From the NCBI GenBank assembly GCA_001600695.1, contig BCKQ01000001.1, positions 643,520-707,519 of the forward strand: 64,000 nt of DNA, read 5' to 3'. The notes under the pieces were generated by a model. That model made no database searches, was not told where the DNA came from, and saw only the letters and a program-made list of their open reading frames with translations. Below are positions 11,601 through 22,155 of this stretch, in pieces. Within the stretch, counting starts at the first letter, position 1, and the number at the start of each line of letters is the position of its first letter. The stretch comes from Ascoidea asiatica JCM 7603 (lineage: Eukaryota; Fungi; Ascomycota). Both the position numbers and the translations under genes were made by a program.

Positions 11601-12405
11601 AAGTAAAAGAGAAAAATTATTAAATAAGAAAAATAAAGCATATAATGAATATTATTCAATTTTAAAAGAAGTTTTAAGTTTCAAAGATTCAGTTTTAAAT
11701 AATAAATTAGAAGATAGAAAAAATCGTAAAGAAAGAAGAGATAAATTAATTAGTCAATTTAGAAGTGAATTGAATAATTTTGATCAATTAGTTAAATATT
11801 ATTATAGAGAAATTGAAAGATTGAAAAAAGCTCCAGAAGAAATTCCTAATGAAAATGATAATGATAATAATAATAATAATAATGATAATGATATCAATAA
11901 TGAAAATGATATTAGTAATGATAAGGATAATAATGAAATCAGTAAGGAACTGGGTAATGGAATAAAGACTTTTAATATAGAAGAAATTGAGAATTTAAAT
12001 GAAATTAATAATAATGGAGAATATATTCAATATAATAATGATTTAAATGGAAAAACTATAACTGCATTACCATATGTTAATACAATTCAAAGTCCATTAA
12101 AAGAGAAATTTTCTGGAAATTTAATTAATAATAAATTAAATGGAAGTTTTAATTCAAATTCTACTCAAGATTTAAAATTAAAAGAAAAAGAAAAGGATAA
12201 AGATAAGAGTAAAGAAAAAGAAAAAGAAAAAGATAAAATAAAACAAAAAGAGAAGGAAAAAGAGAAAGAGAAAGAAAAAGAAAAAGAAAAAGAGAAATTA
12301 GAAAATCAAGGAAAAGAAAGTAAATCAAAAAAGGCTAAAAATAAGAGTAAGAAAAAAAAGCAGAAACAACAGCAAAAACAACAGAAAACTGTGGAAAGCT
12401 TTTGA
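8629..12405 (+). CDS. AcrB (ubiquitination-network)/Nnf2-like multi-pass membrane protein with C-terminal coiled coil
   Basis: PLLDTLAITLLFICFPP first TM segment, further hydrophobic helices, QPLWSLIAA motif, a beta-rich domain and a long coiled coil. Confidence 0.6.
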   Translation: MEGTSTSTSIKDNSNSNSNTNNILNTSSSVLSDSINSNISNDQNNIGNNTNNNINNGNNTNNDLPSIDSNVVLPLYPLLDTLAITLLFICFPPSLSCILLGLYALSASSSAMIAKLLGSSLKFSSYSSASSTSTTSSSISNNNDNIGLFSYLTSLLIPTCIALLVDISISLLLHSFFSVSTLQFIQLLAKATLASNLSGNNKNLFNRAFFSTLIIILLIYLKKFLTNLIIINLNLIDFDSNNYLENSEEILNNFLYKNFPNLISSSNSNSNSNSNSIFSLVFNLINVILNFFNFISNFLKILHPSSIYQFNIPNINSNIDNLNDINDINDNIDNFDNISIISNSNYSIFLHYLYLFYLYYSKIFDFFIIHFYSGLSFHVLFLGISPTIKNFFLFKSYSKSLDQLSSISPLYNSFTKSINLDSQSDDKSEIQIQNIPLNPNQSQNISQNQNQNQNQSQNQNQNQNQSQVQSQSQSQTIPSNSNFNNNNNNNNIPLENNINLSQNQNPLLPSNINTNLVNDSNLNDTNTINTFITKTPSDSNYAIEVIVPQEISLITLPYDNELNNDINNNDVNININSSFNNINNDETQAPATFPQTSKNEINDYQLNTLSSSISVVANNFENFCILPFNSSISIKKSNRKLALVKENQPLWSLIAAIRSMFLKTDYYSGNTNINIDDINNNNGTGNNNNNSENNNGDENHLQLTLYDRYVKSENPIRSFICFISETTIAVQIENVEINDLVVVVNDVPWYQVSSGSSYNNEMIIIGGLSPNFRYVLKFFNIIKSFKKTNINSLDDDNDDSIKVLLSEHIVTTISGPYDINKLDNENDNDSKDNDIIKEEIKDKNSLSDSTAQSVRTIQSSLRTANSLISHNKGRLKKLRKETSKILNQIQSETNSLKSKLESVQIPNKFTIKMDRLVHEDAVIGNEVNKLEEEDEKLAELENDLQDDYLEEKYKFEKKTRIYQNFKKGYKKEICGFEEEIQILNIELKQISSKREKLLNKKNKAYNEYYSILKEVLSFKDSVLNNKLEDRKNRKERRDKLISQFRSELNNFDQLVKYYYREIERLKKAPEEIPNENDNDNNNNNNDNDINNENDISNDKDNNEISKELGNGIKTFNIEEIENLNEINNNGEYIQYNNDLNGKTITALPYVNTIQSPLKEKFSGNLINNKLNGSFNSNSTQDLKLKEKEKDKDKSKEKEKEKDKIKQKEKEKEKEKEKEKEKEKLENQGKESKSKKAKNKSKKKKQKQQQKQQKTVESF

Positions 12406-13023
12406 TAATGGCTTTATTAAAGGAACAGACAATGACTGATTAACAATTGTATTATATGAATCTTTTATATATTATAAAAATAACAAAAAAACACTGAAAT
12501 ATTGAAAAAAATGTATGAAAATATTATAAAATATTGTAAGAGTGAAGCATTATCATTCTTTATATTGAAATAAATAGAATTACCATAAAACTGGTGTTGT
12601 AAATATCAGCTGACAGATAATAAAAAATCATCTGATATCAAAACCACGTGCAAGATTTATTAATTATTTTCGCGTTGTTTTTGTTTTTATATTTGTTTTC
12701 AGCCCGCTGAAAAGGCAACAACAACACAACAAGCAAAAACATCTTTTGTTACCCTGAGACTGGTCGGCGGGAGGAGTATAAAAGGACGCTTGGATCCTGA
12801 GTTCTGGAATCTGATGATGTTTTACTTTTATCCAACGCACTGGTTCTGGTTTTGCTTCTGCTTCTGCTTCGACGCTCGATAATAAATAAACAACTGCATC
12901 TACTCCAGAAATATAAACAAACCAAAGGTCTGAATATATGATATTAAATATTCAATTCCAATTCCAATTACAATCACAATAAATCAATTCAATTCAATTC
13001 ATAATATTAATCTCTCTTGTGCA

Positions 13024-15351
13024 ATGAGTCAGCTAACTGAAGATGATTATTCTTACGAGCTTGTCATTGCCCAGCAGCCAATTAGAGCAAGAATGTGTGG
13101 TTTAGGTGATAAAGATAGAAGACAAATTTCTCCACCTCCATGTATTCAATTATTAATTTTTAATAAAAAAACAAATGAAAAAATAAATTTAATTGATATT
13201 AATGATAAATTAAGTTATATGTTAGTTGCAGAATTATGGGATGAAAATAAATCAACAAATTTAAGTATAATTTCAACTTCTTCAATTAATCCAAATTTAA
13301 ATTTATCTTTATCTACAGTAACAAATACAACAACTTCAACTACAACTTCTTCTTCATCATCCAATTCAAATAATGGACAAGATGAAAAGTCAAATGATAC
13401 TTCAAATGATCACTCAAATGAAAATTCCAATGATAGTAATAACATTAATCAAAATGAAATTATAAATAATGATAATTCAAATAATTTCACTAATGAAGAT
13501 TTAAATAATTTAAATAACTTAAATAATTTATCGAATTTATCAAATTTAAATATGAATTTTAATATAAATAATTTAAATTTAAGTAATATGAATACTTTAA
13601 ATATGTTATCTGATCATCCTGATTTATTATTAAATAATAATAATATTAATAATAATGATAAATCTAGTAATAATAAACCTAATTTAAATGAAAATGAAAA
13701 ACAAGATAATAATGAAGATAAAGAAAAAGAAAAAGAGAATGATACTCTTAAAGATAATAAAGATCAAGATAATGATACTGAAATGATTGATCAATCAAAT
13801 TTAAATAATAATGAAAAAGATAATGAACAAATAGATAAAATTGATAATAAAAAAGATAATAATATTGATATTGCAGACGCTGACTTAGATAAAATAGATA
13901 CCGCCTTATCAAGTATAGATAGCAATAACAATAACAACAATAACGAAAATAATAACGAAAACATTCAAATAGATCCAAAAGTTTCTGAATATCAATCTCA
14001 TAATAAAATTGATGATGAAAGAGTTAAAAAACAAATTCAAGATCAAATTCAAAAAATTGTTGAAAGTTCAAATGATAATGTTATTAGTCATATAAATGAT
14101 ATTAATGATATAAATATTAATGAACTTGGTGATTTAAATGATTTAAATAATATAAATAATATAAATAATATAAATGATATCAATGATATTAATGAAATTG
14201 ATAATATTCTAAAAAATAATAAATTCAATACTCATAATAATGATAACGAAAATGATAATGATAATAATAATAATAATAATAACAATAATGAAATTAATAA
14301 TGAAATCAAAGATAATGAAGATAATAAAGACAAAGATCTCAATAATGATAATGAAGCTAATAAAGAAACTAAACAAATCACTGATACTATAGAAGATCTA
14401 AAAGATAAAAATAATGAAAATAAACTAGATCCAAAATTAGATTCAAAAGATGAATCAAAAGAAGTACCTAATGAAGTATCTAATGATTCAAAAGATGACT
14501 CTAAAGATGACTCTAAAGAAAATGATTTAAAAGAGAAATCTCAAGAAACCTCTAATGATAATACTGAAGATAAACAAAATAATGAATCAAATGATAAATC
14601 TAGTGAACAACCAATTGAACAGCCTAGTGATAAACCAAATGATGATCCAGAAGATCCAAATTTAAAAAATTTAGATGATCAAAATAAATTAAAAGATCAA
14701 AATGATGCAATTGATACTGCTTTAAGTAAATTATCTAAAATTAATGAAGATTTAAATTCAAATAATAATATCAATAATTACAATACTAATAACAATCCCA
14801 ATAATAACAATAATAATAGTAACAACAGTAACAATAATAATACTGAAATTGATAATGATAATGATGATAATGATGATGAATTATTACCAAGTTCTAAATC
14901 AACTTTAATGTACGATAAAATCTTAGATTCAACTTGTCCAACAAGAAATTTAATTGGTAATACTGTTGCAAATGTACTTCAATTATATGATGTTAAAAAA
15001 ACTTCAGGTTTATGGTTCGTATTTTCTGATCTTTCAATTAGAATTGAAGGTAAATTTAGATTAAAATTTTCTTTATTTAAATTAAATCCATTTTATTTCA
15101 TGAATTCTCCAAATTCTTCAATTCCAATTTTAAATTCAATTTATTCTGAACCATTTATAGTATATTCTGCAAAAAAATTTCCTGGGGTAACTCCAAGTAG
15201 TCCATTAAGTGCAATTTTCGCTGAACAAGGTGTTAAAATTCCAACAAAAAGATATATGAATAGAAAAAAAAAAATTGTAGATTCTTCAAATAATACAAAT
15301 GATTCAAATCCATCTTCTGCAAATACGACAAATGCTAGAGTATCTAAATAA
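13024..15351 (+). CDS. velB: Velvet-domain transcription regulator, VelB type (split velvet domain)
   Basis: YELVIAQQPIRARMCGLGDKDRRQISPPPCIQL at the N-terminus. TRNLIG...WFVFSDLSIRIEGKFRLKFSL...SEPFIVYSAKKFPGV..SSPLS..FAEQGVKIP at the C-terminus. Confidence 0.9.
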   Translation: MSQLTEDDYSYELVIAQQPIRARMCGLGDKDRRQISPPPCIQLLIFNKKTNEKINLIDINDKLSYMLVAELWDENKSTNLSIISTSSINPNLNLSLSTVTNTTTSTTTSSSSSNSNNGQDEKSNDTSNDHSNENSNDSNNINQNEIINNDNSNNFTNEDLNNLNNLNNLSNLSNLNMNFNINNLNLSNMNTLNMLSDHPDLLLNNNNINNNDKSSNNKPNLNENEKQDNNEDKEKEKENDTLKDNKDQDNDTEMIDQSNLNNNEKDNEQIDKIDNKKDNNIDIADADLDKIDTALSSIDSNNNNNNNENNNENIQIDPKVSEYQSHNKIDDERVKKQIQDQIQKIVESSNDNVISHINDINDININELGDLNDLNNINNINNINDINDINEIDNILKNNKFNTHNNDNENDNDNNNNNNNNNEINNEIKDNEDNKDKDLNNDNEANKETKQITDTIEDLKDKNNENKLDPKLDSKDESKEVPNEVSNDSKDDSKDDSKENDLKEKSQETSNDNTEDKQNNESNDKSSEQPIEQPSDKPNDDPEDPNLKNLDDQNKLKDQNDAIDTALSKLSKINEDLNSNNNINNYNTNNNPNNNNNNSNNSNNNNTEIDNDNDDNDDELLPSSKSTLMYDKILDSTCPTRNLIGNTVANVLQLYDVKKTSGLWFVFSDLSIRIEGKFRLKFSLFKLNPFYFMNSPNSSIPILNSIYSEPFIVYSAKKFPGVTPSSPLSAIFAEQGVKIPTKRYMNRKKKIVDSSNNTNDSNPSSANTTNARVSK

Positions 15352-16142
15352 TTGAAATTTAATTAATATTTTTCTAATTCTCTTTATTTTTTCGCTTTTA
15401 AATCTGCTTTATTTGTTTTTTCTAGGTCTTTTGATGCTTTTCAATAAATTTTTATATAAATTATTTCCAAAAAATAAATTTCACATTTGATATTTATGAG
15501 TATTATTATATGTTTACTCTTTCTTTCTTTCTTTTTTTGTTCTTAATTTTTAAAACAGTTTTTTTTATAATCTATTCTATTATTTTCACCCATTTACTTT
15601 TGTATTTTCTTTTTTAATTCGTTATTGATATTTTAAATGTTTTTGTTATATAATTTTGATTTTCTTTTATTTGTATTTCTTTTTATTGGGTGCTTTTTTT
15701 TTTAGATAATTATAATTTTATGTATTATTTTTTCATAATTCTTTCAGTATCAGTAATTATGTATTTACCCATTTACCTGTTAATTAATAAAATAAGTTTT
15801 AAATTAATCCAGTTTATGCTAATATTAAAATCATATTTGATATTATATATTTAAGGAATGAAAACAATACAATTGAAAATTAAATTTATAGAATAAAAAA
15901 AAACCTTATATCTTGCTAAATTACATAATGTACAATATTAGAAAAGATTAAAAAACAACTATAATGAAAATTCAGAAGAAAAATAAAATAAAATAAGCAC
16001 AAAAGATAAAATTAAAAATCAAAAATTAATAAGGAGTTAAAAAAATTTTAGAGAAAAAATAATAAAAACAACCAAAATAAATGGGTTTAAAATTCATTAA
16101 TCTTAACAAAGTCATAACAATAAAGCTTTTCTATCCAAGTTT

Positions 16143-19100
16143 CTAAGCAGGATTAAAATCATCATTATTTTCATTAGAATTTACATTTTCTTCGCCTCCG
16201 CTTGATTTTGTAAACATTTCAACCATTGATGAACTAAAAATTGAGGTATGCCCTATTTCATTTTCACTTTCATCATGCTTCTCAATCATAGTGCTATTAA
16301 TAGCACTAAGTTTATCTTCATTATCTTCTGATTTTGCCTCTTCATCTCCTAGATATTCAACATCTTCATTCAGCTCCTTTACAAAAAATGGTTCGGTGGA
16401 TAATGGTGCCAGTAGGTTGTTATTAACTTCTTGTTCAAGCATTGTTTCTGCAGCTGATTCTAAAAGTTCTGCTTCTTCATCTTTAGTAAGATTCAGCATA
16501 TCAGATGATAGATCAGCTCCCTCTTTAGATTGAGGTACTGAAAGACTTCCAGATGTTTGTTCAGGAGCTTTATCAGAAAGCATAGAAGAGTTTGCAGAAA
16601 CCATAGTTTCATCTGGTTCTTCTCCGGAAATTATTATTTGTGTATTTGCTTCACCAGGTTCGCTAGTATGATATTCTGTACAAGATGCAGAATCAGAAAT
16701 TTCCAAACCTTCTGAAGTTTTCGCTATGAACACTTCTTCGGTACTTACAGTGATCTCCCCCTCTTTTTTTGCAACTTCTTTCAGTTCAAGTTTGTCCTCA
16801 GTTATATCAATTTCAAAAACCTTTTCCTGAGAATTTTCTGCTAACTGTTGAGAGTCTTCATTAGAATCTTCCTCGTTTGCTTTTTCCTTATTTTCTGAGC
16901 TTCTGAGAAGAAAATCTTGAAGACCATTTTCTTCAATGTCCTGAAATACGTCTTCAAGCTCTTGTTCTTTGATAAGTGCAATGCCATCATTTAGATAATC
17001 ACGCCCATTGTTATCAACATCTTCTACATTCTCCATGTGTTCATCATTTTTTGTCTCCTTTATATCATCACTTTTCTTTGGAAGGATAGTTTCATAATCA
17101 TCACTTTTAAGTTCATTCTTGTTTTTTTTATGTCCAAATAAATTTTCTTTTGTTTCTCTAGTATTAGATGCTATTCCATTTACTTCTGGGTTTTCAATCT
17201 CTACTTCAGATTTGTGTGAAATATCGGCAACAGGTTGACTCATATCATAATCATTATCTTCATTCACTACAATTTCAATCATATCTTGGTCACCCCTATT
17301 ATCTGAAACATTTTTAGCTTGTTTCGAGTGCTCCTGTGTGTCAGATGAAGTATTGGTGTTATTAGATTCATGCTGTAATTCAGCCTCTGATAAATTGCTT
17401 TTAGAATCCTCTGTGGAGTTGTTGAAAGGTTTTCTAGAATGAATCTCAACAGAAATTTCAAAATCATCTGATTTTTCATCAATTAGTTGATCTTTAAACT
17501 GTGTAGCTATAGAAGCATTATTATCGTTATTGGCATTTACAACATCTTCTTTGACTGCTATATTAATAACCTCCTCGCTAACATCTATTTCTAAATCTCC
17601 GTCATCTTTTTCAGTAGAGTTCATCATTTTTTTCACTAATTCCGACTCGGCTGTTTTGATTGTCTTGCTTGAGGAAAGATTTTCCAGCTCCAACAATTCA
17701 TTTTCTGCAAAGTCAGTAATAATTCCATATTCTTTTAAAGTGTTTCTGATAATTTCTTCTTTTTCCTTATCAATCTCGGGAATATCAGGACTTTCATTGG
17801 CTTCCGAATCAGAAGAGTTGAAGAATTCAGCAAATTCCTTACTATTTTCAGATGATTCTTTCATACTTTCAGCTGTTTCTTTACTATTTTCAGTTGATTC
17901 TTTAATACTTTCCACCGATACTTCAATATTTTCAGCTGATTCTTTACTATTTTCAGAATCATCAAATGTTTTTTCAATATCTATATCAACTTTTTCAACC
18001 ATGGGCTCTGTTGATTCAGGTTCACTAGCAGATTCTCGACTTGAAGTTCGACTTCCAAAAATGCTTTGAACAAATTTTGTCATTAAATTAGGAATGAATC
18101 TTTTATTTTGGGATTTAACAGGAGAAGCATTATGGTTTTGTACTGAACCGGAAAGCTCATCTTTATTTATTCCGGTTACACTGGTATTATTTTCTTTGAA
18201 TTTAGAGTCTTTGATTGGCTCCATGTCTTCATCATCCGAAGTTGGTTGAGTACTTTTCATTTTATCTTCCATTTTATTGGAACCAGTTTCTTTTTGTGTC
18301 GAAATTTTATTTGAAATTTTTCGAGGTTCATCTGTTGAAGATGTAATAATCATGCCCTCATTTTCGACTTTCTCATATTTTGTTTCAGAGTCACTGGAGC
18401 TTATAAAATCAATAACTGCGGCATCATTACTGATTGAAATTTGATTAGCTCTTTTTAAATTTAGAGAGCCTGATGGTTTTATCACTTTTGAAGGTCTTCC
18501 TCTTTTCCTTGAGGTAGAAACAGTGTCAGAAACCTTCACATTATTATTGTTTTTAAGTCTGTTTTCTAAAGTTTTCTTTCTTTCTTTGCTTTTCCTAGTG
18601 ATTGACCTTATAACATCAACCAGATTAGCACCACGTCTTCTAGAAATTCTGCTTGATCTAAGTCGACGTCCTTCCTTAGGTATTGGATCTTCTTTGACAA
18701 TTGATGTACTTACTAAAGTTACTTCACCATCTGAATCTTTTTCAGAATGTTTTTTAGAAGTATTTGTCTTTTTACTCGTACTAATTTTCTTAGTTAGCTT
18801 TTTTAAGCCATTAATCCCTTTTGAAAACTTTGCCTTTTCAACAGTTTTCTTAATTTTTTTTCCAGATTCTTTTTTAATATCCGAACTCTTAATTTCCACA
18901 AAAGAATTAGAATCTGAATCTGAATCTGAATCTGAATTGAAGGAAATAACATTATTTTCTTCTATTTTTTGAGGTTTAGATTGAATTTCTTCAATTTTGC
19001 GTTCCTTTCCAAGTTTTTGAGGAGTTCCAGTATCTGAATCTGCAAAGTAACTATCCTCGTCCATGGTTGTTAATTTTCTTTTCCTTAGACGGTGACTAAT

Positions 19101-22034
19101 TCCACTTTTTGGACCAAGAACTAATTTTTCAGAAGATAAATTCGTACTTGTATCACTCAATTGAAATAGTGAATCATTTTCTTTATCATTCATTTTCTCT
19201 TTTCTTGATAATTTTGACAAAACAGAAGAAACACCATCTTCATTTACATCCTCATTCATTGGATTACCAGGAGAATATCTTTCTGGCCTTCTCTTTTTTC
19301 TAGTTTGAGGTTTAGGGTTTTCAATAGAAGCAATAAAATTAAAATCTGTTCCTTCTTTTCCTTTTTCATCATCATCATCGTCATCAGAATCATCAGTGAC
19401 ATAATGTTTAGAGCTTGTTTTGACTTTAGTTTTAACATCTGATTCACTTTGACTTTTTCCTTTTCTTGTTGATTTTGTTTTTGATTTGCTTGTAAATGAA
19501 GTTTTTAAATTTCCTTGTAATTTCAATTTTGATTCGGATTTTATGGCTTCATGTTTCAAACTTTTTGTAGATTCATTACCTAAGGTAACAATAGAATCAT
19601 CATCTGAATCCATATTTGAAACATTTTTTATATCAGAATCTGATTCTATTAAAATTATTGAATCATCCTTTTTTTTCGTAGATTGAGACTTAGAAACATT
19701 TGATTTAGAGTTAGTTTTAGATTTTGATGGAGTTTTTGATTTAGAATTAGCAGAAATTGATTTTGTAATTTTTTTCTCAGATTTATTTTTGGATTCATCA
19801 ATTAATTCAAAATCATCATCTGAAGAATCAGAAGGATTTGAAGAATTTGAAGAATTAGAAAGCACATTATCATCGTCAAAAGTGGCTTTATGATCTAATT
19901 TTAAAGTCGTATTAGAATGTTTTGAAGTTCTTGATTCAGTATCTGAATTTGGTTTATACTCAGAAACGGAATCAGATTCAGATTCCGAAATATAAGTTAC
20001 ATTATTTTCTTTATTTTCTTTATTTTCTTTATTATTTTTAATATTTTTAATTTTATTGTCTTTATTTTTTAAAGATAATTTATTTTTGAAATTATCTTCT
20101 TTTTTGATTTCATTTTTAATTGCATTTTTATTATTACTCTCTTTATCTTTTTTTCTTTTTAAATCCGTAAAATTATTATTTGACATACTTGATGCATTAA
20201 GACTTGTTGAATTTTTAAGTATGTTTGTAAAAGTTGCTTCTTTATTATTTGATAAAATATCATTTAAAAGATTAGTTAAACCCCATTGATTTTTATTTAC
20301 AGAATCATATAAATCGGAATTGTTATTGTTGTTGTTGTTGTTAGTGGTGGTTGTTGTAGTAGTGGTAGTTTGTTTAGTATCTAAAGAATTTAAGAAATCT
20401 AAAGAATTTGAATTTAAAATTGAATTTGAATTACCATTTGATTTTGATTTATTTGAATTTGGATATAAATTATTATTTTTACTATTAATTTTATTATTAT
20501 TTTTATTATTATTATTAATTGGAATATAAGAAGATTTAATTTCTAATAAATTTTTATTTAAAATTTGACCTTCAAAAAATTCTTGATTATCTATATCCAT
20601 ATCAATATCAATAAAATCATTATTATTATTTATAATTTTATTATTAATATTTGAATAATTATTATTTGTAGAATTATTATAATTATTATAATTATTATTA
20701 TTATTATTATTATTAAGAATATTATGATTATTTGAAGAATTTGAATTTAAATTAATATTATTTGAATAATTTGAATCAAATAATTTTTTATTTAAAGTTA
20801 AATTTACAGATTGAGATTTATTTAAATTATTAACTAAATCTTTTATAATTTTTTTATTATAAGTTGGTTTATCATTTTTATTATAAACCATATCATTATT
20901 ATAAAGAGTATAATCTTCATTAAAGCCAATTGGATAAATTTCTAAGAAATTATAATTTAAATTTGATTGAGAATCTAATGAGATATTTGTATGAAAAGAT
21001 TTAGAATTATTAGTAGATTTTAAAGATTTTAAAGATTTTGAAGATTTTGAAGAATTATCAACTTGAATTGGATTAAAATTATTATCTAAGATTAAAATAC
21101 AATCAAATTTATTATAAATTTTAAAAAATTTGAAATTTTTTTTAATATTTGATATATATTTTTTATATCTATTTGTATAATTTGAAGGTAATAATTGATT
21201 AGAATCATTTGAGATTGAATTTGAATTTATTGGAAGATTTGCATGAGAATAATTTGAAATTAAAAAAAGATAATTGAAATAATAAAGAATTAATTTATCT
21301 ATTGGAAATTGAGATATTTCATTATTATTTGAATTTGAATTTGAATCTGAATTTGAGTCTGAGGTATTATTATCATCATCAGAATTATTGAAATTTTTAT
21401 TTGAATTAAAATTTAAATAAAGTGATAAATGTGGAGAAACCATTGGTAAATATTTAATTAATGGATTTTTTAAAGGATCAATAATATTATTAAATTTATT
21501 TAAAAATCTTAAATTTAAAATATGATTTTTATTAAAATTTTTAAAAATTAAATTATTTTTAAAATTATTTAATTTAAAAATTTTTTGAAAATTAAAATTA
21601 AAATTAAAATTAAAATATAAATGATTTTTTGAAAATTTTAATAAATTTTTATTATTAATTATTAAAGTATTATAAATAAAAATATTAAATTTAAAAATAA
21701 TTTTATGATTTATAATATCATTTACATTTTTTAAATTTAATAAATTATGTAAATTATAATTATTTTCATTATAAATTATTAAATTATTATTATCATTAGT
21801 ATAAAAAATTAAATAATTTGAATTTAAATTAAATTTTTTTGAAATTATTGGAAATAAATTTATATTATTATTTATAAAATTATTTAAATCAACAAGATAT
21901 AAGATATATATAAAATTTGGGAATAAATTATTTGAATTTATAAATTTAAAATTTAATTCAATACATGGAGATTCATTATCAGAATAATCTGAATTTGATT
22001 TTGATATTGAAATTGAAGAATCTTTAATTTTCAT
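16143..22034 (-). CDS. Large, mostly low-complexity protein (1963 aa) with an AT-hook and several SIM-like motifs; function unknown
   Basis: 5.9-kb uninterrupted ORF. RKRGRPSK AT-hook core, basic NLS-like clusters and an acidic C-terminal half. Confidence 0.75.
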   Translation of the reverse strand: MKIKDSSISISKSNSDYSDNESPCIELNFKFINSNNLFPNFIYILYLVDLNNFINNNINLFPIISKKFNLNSNYLIFYTNDNNNLIIYNENNYNLHNLLNLKNVNDIINHKIIFKFNIFIYNTLIINNKNLLKFSKNHLYFNFNFNFNFQKIFKLNNFKNNLIFKNFNKNHILNLRFLNKFNNIIDPLKNPLIKYLPMVSPHLSLYLNFNSNKNFNNSDDDNNTSDSNSDSNSNSNNNEISQFPIDKLILYYFNYLFLISNYSHANLPINSNSISNDSNQLLPSNYTNRYKKYISNIKKNFKFFKIYNKFDCILILDNNFNPIQVDNSSKSSKSLKSLKSTNNSKSFHTNISLDSQSNLNYNFLEIYPIGFNEDYTLYNNDMVYNKNDKPTYNKKIIKDLVNNLNKSQSVNLTLNKKLFDSNYSNNINLNSNSSNNHNILNNNNNNNNYNNYNNSTNNNYSNINNKIINNNNDFIDIDMDIDNQEFFEGQILNKNLLEIKSSYIPINNNNKNNNKINSKNNNLYPNSNKSKSNGNSNSILNSNSLDFLNSLDTKQTTTTTTTTTNNNNNNNNSDLYDSVNKNQWGLTNLLNDILSNNKEATFTNILKNSTSLNASSMSNNNFTDLKRKKDKESNNKNAIKNEIKKEDNFKNKLSLKNKDNKIKNIKNNKENKENKENNVTYISESESDSVSEYKPNSDTESRTSKHSNTTLKLDHKATFDDDNVLSNSSNSSNPSDSSDDDFELIDESKNKSEKKITKSISANSKSKTPSKSKTNSKSNVSKSQSTKKKDDSIILIESDSDIKNVSNMDSDDDSIVTLGNESTKSLKHEAIKSESKLKLQGNLKTSFTSKSKTKSTRKGKSQSESDVKTKVKTSSKHYVTDDSDDDDDDEKGKEGTDFNFIASIENPKPQTRKKRRPERYSPGNPMNEDVNEDGVSSVLSKLSRKEKMNDKENDSLFQLSDTSTNLSSEKLVLGPKSGISHRLRKRKLTTMDEDSYFADSDTGTPQKLGKERKIEEIQSKPQKIEENNVISFNSDSDSDSDSNSFVEIKSSDIKKESGKKIKKTVEKAKFSKGINGLKKLTKKISTSKKTNTSKKHSEKDSDGEVTLVSTSIVKEDPIPKEGRRLRSSRISRRRGANLVDVIRSITRKSKERKKTLENRLKNNNNVKVSDTVSTSRKRGRPSKVIKPSGSLNLKRANQISISNDAAVIDFISSSDSETKYEKVENEGMIITSSTDEPRKISNKISTQKETGSNKMEDKMKSTQPTSDDEDMEPIKDSKFKENNTSVTGINKDELSGSVQNHNASPVKSQNKRFIPNLMTKFVQSIFGSRTSSRESASEPESTEPMVEKVDIDIEKTFDDSENSKESAENIEVSVESIKESTENSKETAESMKESSENSKEFAEFFNSSDSEANESPDIPEIDKEKEEIIRNTLKEYGIITDFAENELLELENLSSSKTIKTAESELVKKMMNSTEKDDGDLEIDVSEEVINIAVKEDVVNANNDNNASIATQFKDQLIDEKSDDFEISVEIHSRKPFNNSTEDSKSNLSEAELQHESNNTNTSSDTQEHSKQAKNVSDNRGDQDMIEIVVNEDNDYDMSQPVADISHKSEVEIENPEVNGIASNTRETKENLFGHKKNKNELKSDDYETILPKKSDDIKETKNDEHMENVEDVDNNGRDYLNDGIALIKEQELEDVFQDIEENGLQDFLLRSSENKEKANEEDSNEDSQQLAENSQEKVFEIDITEDKLELKEVAKKEGEITVSTEEVFIAKTSEGLEISDSASCTEYHTSEPGEANTQIIISGEEPDETMVSANSSMLSDKAPEQTSGSLSVPQSKEGADLSSDMLNLTKDEEAELLESAAETMLEQEVNNNLLAPLSTEPFFVKELNEDVEYLGDEEAKSEDNEDKLSAINSTMIEKHDESENEIGHTSIFSSSMVEMFTKSSGGEENVNSNENNDDFNPA
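17830..17957 (-). repeat. Degenerate 21-nt coding tandem repeat (heptads ENSKESA/ENIEVSV/ESIKEST/ENSKETA/ESMKESS/ENSKEFA)
   Basis: Recurring ttc(t/c)ttactattttcag units on the + strand inside the 1963-aa ORF. Confidence 0.7.
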
Positions 22035-22116
22035 TCTTAAAAAGAATTGAATATGAGAATGAAGTTATATGATTTTTTAAATATATATATAATTGATAGC
22101 AAATAGGGTGAAATAG

Positions 22117-22121
<5 letters not shown>

Positions 22122-22155
<34 letters not shown>

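Noticed and set aside
16291-20529. Multiple + strand ORFs rich in S/L/F
   Set aside because: Antisense shadows of the E/K/D/N-rich 1963-aa gene. The same applies to the antisense ORFs inside other genes.
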